This document shows, piece after piece, positions 59,248 through 64,000 of a stretch of DNA of 64,000 nucleotides. Numbering within the stretch: the stretch's first letter is position 1; every line of letters begins with the position of its first letter. Both the position numbers and the translations under genes were made by a program. The notes below the pieces were generated by a model. That model did not search any database. It was not told the DNA's origin and saw nothing but the letters and a program-made list of their open reading frames with translations. Origin of the DNA: an uncultured Desulfosarcina sp. (lineage in GTDB: Bacteria; Desulfobacterota; Desulfobacteria; Desulfobacterales; Desulfosarcinaceae); NCBI GenBank assembly GCA_963674945.2, contig CAXXWQ010000003.1:1472001-1536000 (forward strand). The letters are read 5' to 3'.

Positions 59248-61301
59248 TTCTTCACTTTGCTTACCGTGTTGATAATCTGCTTATAGTTAAAATCGTCGGC
59301 ATGGCGATGGAGCAATACGGAAAGAGGGGCATTGAATCCGGAAATCTGTACAATCAATTCGGTCAATCGACCAATGTCTGCGCGACTTGCCGCATCAATC
59401 AGTTCTTTTCTTAGCTCCTCCGGCAGGTTGCCCAAATCGATCTCTGCCTCATTGATTTCTGTCATTTTACTGGGAATTATCATATCGGCATCATTTTCAG
59501 ATGGCCCATAGGGCAGGTATTTCATCATCGTTTGTATCAAATCATTTTTTCTCACCGGCTTTCTCAAATAATCGGTACAGACCTTACGAATCGCATCTTC
59601 ATCCTGCGCCAGGGCCGAGGCGGTTACAGCGATTACCGGAATTGTGTTCGTAACGTCTTCCTGTTTCAGCATCTCAGCTGCTTTATGGCCGTCGAGCACC
59701 GGCATCTTCATATCCAGAAGGATCAAGTCAGGGATCCAGGTCTTTGCAAGCGCCAGCACCTCCTTGCCATCTTTGGCCTCCAAAACCTCAAAATCCCAGT
59801 CATTCAAGAACCCTCGAAGCAGGTCGCGATTGTATTCGATATCATCGGCGATCAAGATGGTTGCTTTGTCAAAAACGATACCACGAATATCGGAGACCTC
59901 CTTTTCCGTCGAGATTGTATCGCCCAGAGCCGCCTTTTCGACATCTTCGATGACAACCGTAAACGTGCTTCCTTCATTTTCCCGGCTTTCCACCGTGATG
60001 CGCCCGTTCATGGCTTCCACCAGCCGTTTGCTGATGGTCAAACCGAGCCCGGTGCCTTCGGTGGTTCTCGCCGAAGCGACCACCGGTTGTTCGAATGCCT
60101 TGAAAATGGTTTCCTGCTTATCCTCGGGAATGCCGATCCCGGTATCGGCAACTGAGAAAATGAATGTATAGGCGCTGAACGCATCGGTTTCCATGGGTTC
60201 CACCCGTGCGGATACAGTAATGGTACCTGTCTCGGTGAACTTGACGGCATTTCCCAGCAGGTTCAGCAGCACCTGTCGTATTCGCCCTTCATCCAGCAAA
60301 AGGTCCTCATCCAGGCTCTCGTCAATATTCAACGCCAGGTTGAGGCTCTTTTCGGAGAGTCGATACTCGAAAATCCCGCAAATTTCTGTAAACAATCGTT
60401 TCGGATTGACAACTGTCTGCCGGATCTGCATCTTGCCGGCTTCGATCTTGGAAAGATCCAGGATGTCACCGATCAGGGACAGCAAACTCTCTCCTGCGGT
60501 TTGAATTCGCTCGATGTAACGCTTGTGCTTGGCATCCGATATCAATCTGGCCAGGATATCGGAAAACCCGATGATGGCATTCATGGGCGTTCTCAGCTCG
60601 TGGCTCATGTTGGCCAGAAATTGACTCTTCGCCTGGTTGGCCGCTTCGGCGGCTTCTTTGGCCTTTACCAGCGCCCCTTCGATCTTTTTGCGAATCTCGA
60701 TCTCTTCCCGAAGTTCCCTGGTCCGCTCCTCCACGGTCTGCTCGAGCTCGTTTCGATGCCGTTCCAGCTCATGCAGGTACTCTTTTTCGGTGGTGATGTC
60801 TTCCATGGTGGACCACTGACCGATCAGCTTGTCGTTCCGAATCTGTGCATAGGTGTTAAACCTTCTCCAGGTCCTACTGCCGTCAGGATTTGTTCTTGGG
60901 ATTTCCATATTTCTTACTGTGAATCGCTGCGATGCCGAATACTCGAGGTATGCTTTGTATTGTTCATAACTTTTCATATCTATTTCTTCGGACCTGCGAC
61001 CGATGATTCTCTTCGTACCGGGAACGGCCTTCAGTATATCTTTTCGGACGACCTCATTCACCTCCATATAACGCGCGCCTTCGTGAAATCGTTTTGCCAG
61101 TTCTTCGAGGGGAAGTGAAAGGGATATGGGCGGTTTGAATTCCCAGTAACGTATACCGGTGGGACTCAGATCCATGTATGCCTTGTATCGCGACAATTTT
61201 TTCGACAGTTTTCGGGAGTGAAGGCTGCAAAAAATTGCATAGGCAAGAACCCCGAGAACGAAAACAAGTGCCATATAGAACAAAGATGCTGGTAGCGTCA
61301 T
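59244..61301 (-). CDS. Hybrid sensor kinase (TM-PAS-like-HisKA-HATPase-REC), tandem copy 2
   Basis: [38 protein letters not shown]. Confidence 0.93.
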   Translation of the reverse strand: MTLPASLFYMALVFVLGVLAYAIFCSLHSRKLSKKLSRYKAYMDLSPTGIRYWEFKPPISLSLPLEELAKRFHEGARYMEVNEVVRKDILKAVPGTKRIIGRRSEEIDMKSYEQYKAYLEYSASQRFTVRNMEIPRTNPDGSRTWRRFNTYAQIRNDKLIGQWSTMEDITTEKEYLHELERHRNELEQTVEERTRELREEIEIRKKIEGALVKAKEAAEAANQAKSQFLANMSHELRTPMNAIIGFSDILARLISDAKHKRYIERIQTAGESLLSLIGDILDLSKIEAGKMQIRQTVVNPKRLFTEICGIFEYRLSEKSLNLALNIDESLDEDLLLDEGRIRQVLLNLLGNAVKFTETGTITVSARVEPMETDAFSAYTFIFSVADTGIGIPEDKQETIFKAFEQPVVASARTTEGTGLGLTISKRLVEAMNGRITVESRENEGSTFTVVIEDVEKAALGDTISTEKEVSDIRGIVFDKATILIADDIEYNRDLLRGFLNDWDFEVLEAKDGKEVLALAKTWIPDLILLDMKMPVLDGHKAAEMLKQEDVTNTIPVIAVTASALAQDEDAIRKVCTDYLRKPVRKNDLIQTMMKYLPYGPSENDADMIIPSKMTEINEAEIDLGNLPEELRKELIDAASRADIGRLTELIVQISGFNAPLSVLLHRHADDFNYKQIINTVSKVKK
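59812..60769. repeat. 958-bp direct repeat, apparently identical to 61863-62820
   Basis: Offset 2051 bp; no mismatch found by eye; the shadow ORFs in the track are identical across this stretch. Confidence 0.9.
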
Positions 61302-63352
61302 TTTTTCTCTTTTCTTACCGTGTTGATCACCTGCTTATAGTTATACTCATCGGCGTGGTGTCGCAGCAGCGCTGAAAGAGATGGATTGAATTCGGCAATT
61401 CGTGCAATCAATTCGGTCAATCGGCCGATATCCGCGTAATTGGCCGCATCGATCAGCTCATCTTTCACCACCTTCGGCAAATTGCCAGAATCAATCTCTT
61501 TTTCATTGGCTGCAGGTCTATGAAGAATCGCCGCGTCGACAACGTTTTCACACTTTCCATGGGGCATGTATTTCATCATGGTCGTTATCAAATCCTTTTT
61601 TCTCACCGGCTTTCGCAGATAATCGGTGCAGATCCTGCGGATCGCTACTTCATCCTGAATCAGGGCTGAGGCAGTTACCGCAATCACGGGAATATCTTTC
61701 GTAGCATCATCTTGTTTAAGCAGTTTGGCGGCTTCATAGCCGTCCATCACCGGCATTTTGATATCCAAAAGAATCAAGTCCGGTTTCCGGCTTTTTGCAA
61801 GCGCCAGTACACCCATGCCATTTTCGGCTTCCAAAACCGTTAAATCCGAGCCATTTAAAAATCCTCGAAGCAGGTCGCGATTGTATTCGATATCATCGGC
61901 GATCAAGATGGTTGCTTTGTCAAAAACGATACCACGAATATCGGAGACCTCCTTTTCCGTCGAGATTGTATCGCCCAGAGCCGCCTTTTCGACATCTTCG
62001 ATGACAACCGTAAACGTGCTTCCTTCATTTTCCCGGCTTTCCACCGTGATGCGCCCGTTCATGGCTTCCACCAGCCGTTTGCTGATGGTCAAACCGAGCC
62101 CGGTGCCTTCGGTGGTTCTCGCCGAAGCGACCACCGGTTGTTCGAATGCCTTGAAAATGGTTTCCTGCTTATCCTCGGGAATGCCGATCCCGGTATCGGC
62201 AACTGAGAAAATGAATGTATAGGCGCTGAACGCATCGGTTTCCATGGGTTCCACCCGTGCGGATACAGTAATGGTACCTGTCTCGGTGAACTTGACGGCA
62301 TTTCCCAGCAGGTTCAGCAGCACCTGTCGTATTCGCCCTTCATCCAGCAAAAGGTCCTCATCCAGGCTCTCGTCAATATTCAACGCCAGGTTGAGGCTCT
62401 TTTCGGAGAGTCGATACTCGAAAATCCCGCAAATTTCTGTAAACAATCGTTTCGGATTGACAACTGTCTGCCGGATCTGCATCTTGCCGGCTTCGATCTT
62501 GGAAAGATCCAGGATGTCACCGATCAGGGACAGCAAACTCTCTCCTGCGGTTTGAATTCGCTCGATGTAACGCTTGTGCTTGGCATCCGATATCAATCTG
62601 GCCAGGATATCGGAAAACCCGATGATGGCATTCATGGGCGTTCTCAGCTCGTGGCTCATGTTGGCCAGAAATTGACTCTTCGCCTGGTTGGCCGCTTCGG
62701 CGGCTTCTTTGGCCTTTACCAGCGCCCCTTCGATCTTTTTGCGAATCTCGATCTCTTCCCGAAGTTCCCTGGTCCGCTCCTCCACGGTCTGCTCGAGCTC
62801 GTTTCGATGCCGTTCCAGCTTCTGCAGGTACTCTTTTTCGGTCGTGATGTCTTCAGAGGTCGACCACTGGCCGATCAGACATCCATCTTTAATCTGTGCA
62901 TATGAATGAAACCTTCGCCAGACTATACTGCCGTCGGGATTTTCTCTTGGAATTTCATAATTTTTGATACTGAATTTCTGAGACGCCGTATACTCAAAAA
63001 ACGATTTATACTGCTCAAATCCCTGCCCACCCAACTGGGCGCCGCTCATGCCGATAATATCTTTTTGACCGGGAAGAACTTCCATTATATATTTTCGAAA
63101 AACCTCATTCATCTCCATGTATCGTGAATCCGTAAAAAACCGCTTCGCCTGTTCTTCGATGGGAAGCGAAAGAGGAATGGGGGGATGGAATTCGAGAAAG
63201 TGAATGCCGGTGGGACTCAGATCCATATATGCCTTGTATCGTGATAATTTTTTCGACAGTTTTCGGGAGTGAAGGAAGCATAAAGCCGCGAACAGCAGAG
63301 TAACAAAAACGAAAATCAGGATCGTATGGGCCAGTAGCGCGGGTATTTTCAT
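61298..63352 (-). CDS. Hybrid sensor kinase, tandem copy 1
   Basis: Same architecture as 59244-61301; ATGA-coupled to it. Confidence 0.93.
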   Translation of the reverse strand: MKIPALLAHTILIFVFVTLLFAALCFLHSRKLSKKLSRYKAYMDLSPTGIHFLEFHPPIPLSLPIEEQAKRFFTDSRYMEMNEVFRKYIMEVLPGQKDIIGMSGAQLGGQGFEQYKSFFEYTASQKFSIKNYEIPRENPDGSIVWRRFHSYAQIKDGCLIGQWSTSEDITTEKEYLQKLERHRNELEQTVEERTRELREEIEIRKKIEGALVKAKEAAEAANQAKSQFLANMSHELRTPMNAIIGFSDILARLISDAKHKRYIERIQTAGESLLSLIGDILDLSKIEAGKMQIRQTVVNPKRLFTEICGIFEYRLSEKSLNLALNIDESLDEDLLLDEGRIRQVLLNLLGNAVKFTETGTITVSARVEPMETDAFSAYTFIFSVADTGIGIPEDKQETIFKAFEQPVVASARTTEGTGLGLTISKRLVEAMNGRITVESRENEGSTFTVVIEDVEKAALGDTISTEKEVSDIRGIVFDKATILIADDIEYNRDLLRGFLNGSDLTVLEAENGMGVLALAKSRKPDLILLDIKMPVMDGYEAAKLLKQDDATKDIPVIAVTASALIQDEVAIRRICTDYLRKPVRKKDLITTMMKYMPHGKCENVVDAAILHRPAANEKEIDSGNLPKVVKDELIDAANYADIGRLTELIARIAEFNPSLSALLRHHADEYNYKQVINTVRKEKK

Positions 63353-63892
63353 CCTTATTCAACCTTCTGAATGAAACACTATGATAAGAAAAGTTCTTCA
63401 ATAACCCTGGCGCGAAAAGCAGGACTTGTCCGACCACCGCTGAACCGCAGCGGACATAAGTCTATAAGTTTATAGAATATCACGATTTCATCATTCCAGA
63501 AAGCAAAAATATATTGCCCACAAGACCGGTAAGACCGAATCGTATGCGTGGCCAATGGAAATAAGGATTTACGCCTATTATGGTTGAAAATCGTATAATG
63601 TGATGGGAATAAAAAATGCTGGCGGGAAATGTTTGAAAAAACAAATAGATCAATCGGTAAATCCCTTGTGTCCCCCGTCCCCGAATTCTTTTCATATCAC
63701 TGCCTCCACGCCGGCAGCCTGCGCTTTTTTGCGTGCCGGGCGTGGAAATGACGCATGGAACAACTTCACACGCGGAGCGAACAGGATGATGTATGTCACG
63801 TTGCGCTGCCTGAGCCCTGAATAAGGAAGCCGCGTTGGCAATGCGTCATGCATCATTCTGTTCGCGGAAACACAAGTGCCCGAAATTGAACA

Positions 63893-64000
63893 TTAAAATG
63901 ATACTACGATCTCATCGTATGTTTTCCTCCATTTCGCGGGAACCAATTCCAGATCCGGCTTTTTGTGCCCGACGGCGATCAGCAATGGGATCCAGTAATT
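63893..64000 (-). CDS. C-terminus of a probable nitroreductase family protein (5' end outside window)
   Basis: Manual translation NYWIPLLIAVGHKKPDLELVPAKWRKTYDEIVVSF*. Confidence 0.6.
   Translation of the reverse strand, partial: NYWIPLLIAVGHKKPDLELVPAKWRKTYDEIVVSF

Overview
A 64 kb bacterial window with gene content, repeat types and sigma54 usage typical of an anaerobic Desulfobacterales-like deltaproteobacterium (inference). It is dominated by catabolism of lipids and acyl compounds. In order: (1) a TetR-controlled ACAD10/11-like (lva-like) acyl-CoA dehydrogenase plus kinase module divergent from an etfB; (2) vapBC, a sigma54 activator with a small-protein micro-operon, and a run of unrelated accessory genes carrying eroded attC-like sites; (3) two paralogous DUF1302-DUF1329-YCF48-RND/MMPL trans-envelope cassettes flanking a beta-oxidation/ETF operon that includes a non-decarboxylating glutaryl-CoA dehydrogenase; (4) signalling genes, an intact IS66-family element with an 8-bp target duplication, and tandem hybrid kinases sharing an identical ~958-bp core. 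The most unusual signals are non-coding. A ~310-bp promoter plus structured-leader element is present twice in inverted orientation around cassette 1, and one copy drives no gene (candidate sRNA or decoy). A pair of mirror-image sigma54 promoters with matching enhancer spacing ties cassette 2 to the dicarboxylate beta-oxidation operon. No rRNA, tRNA or CRISPR array was seen. All family assignments are by motif recognition; no searches were run.
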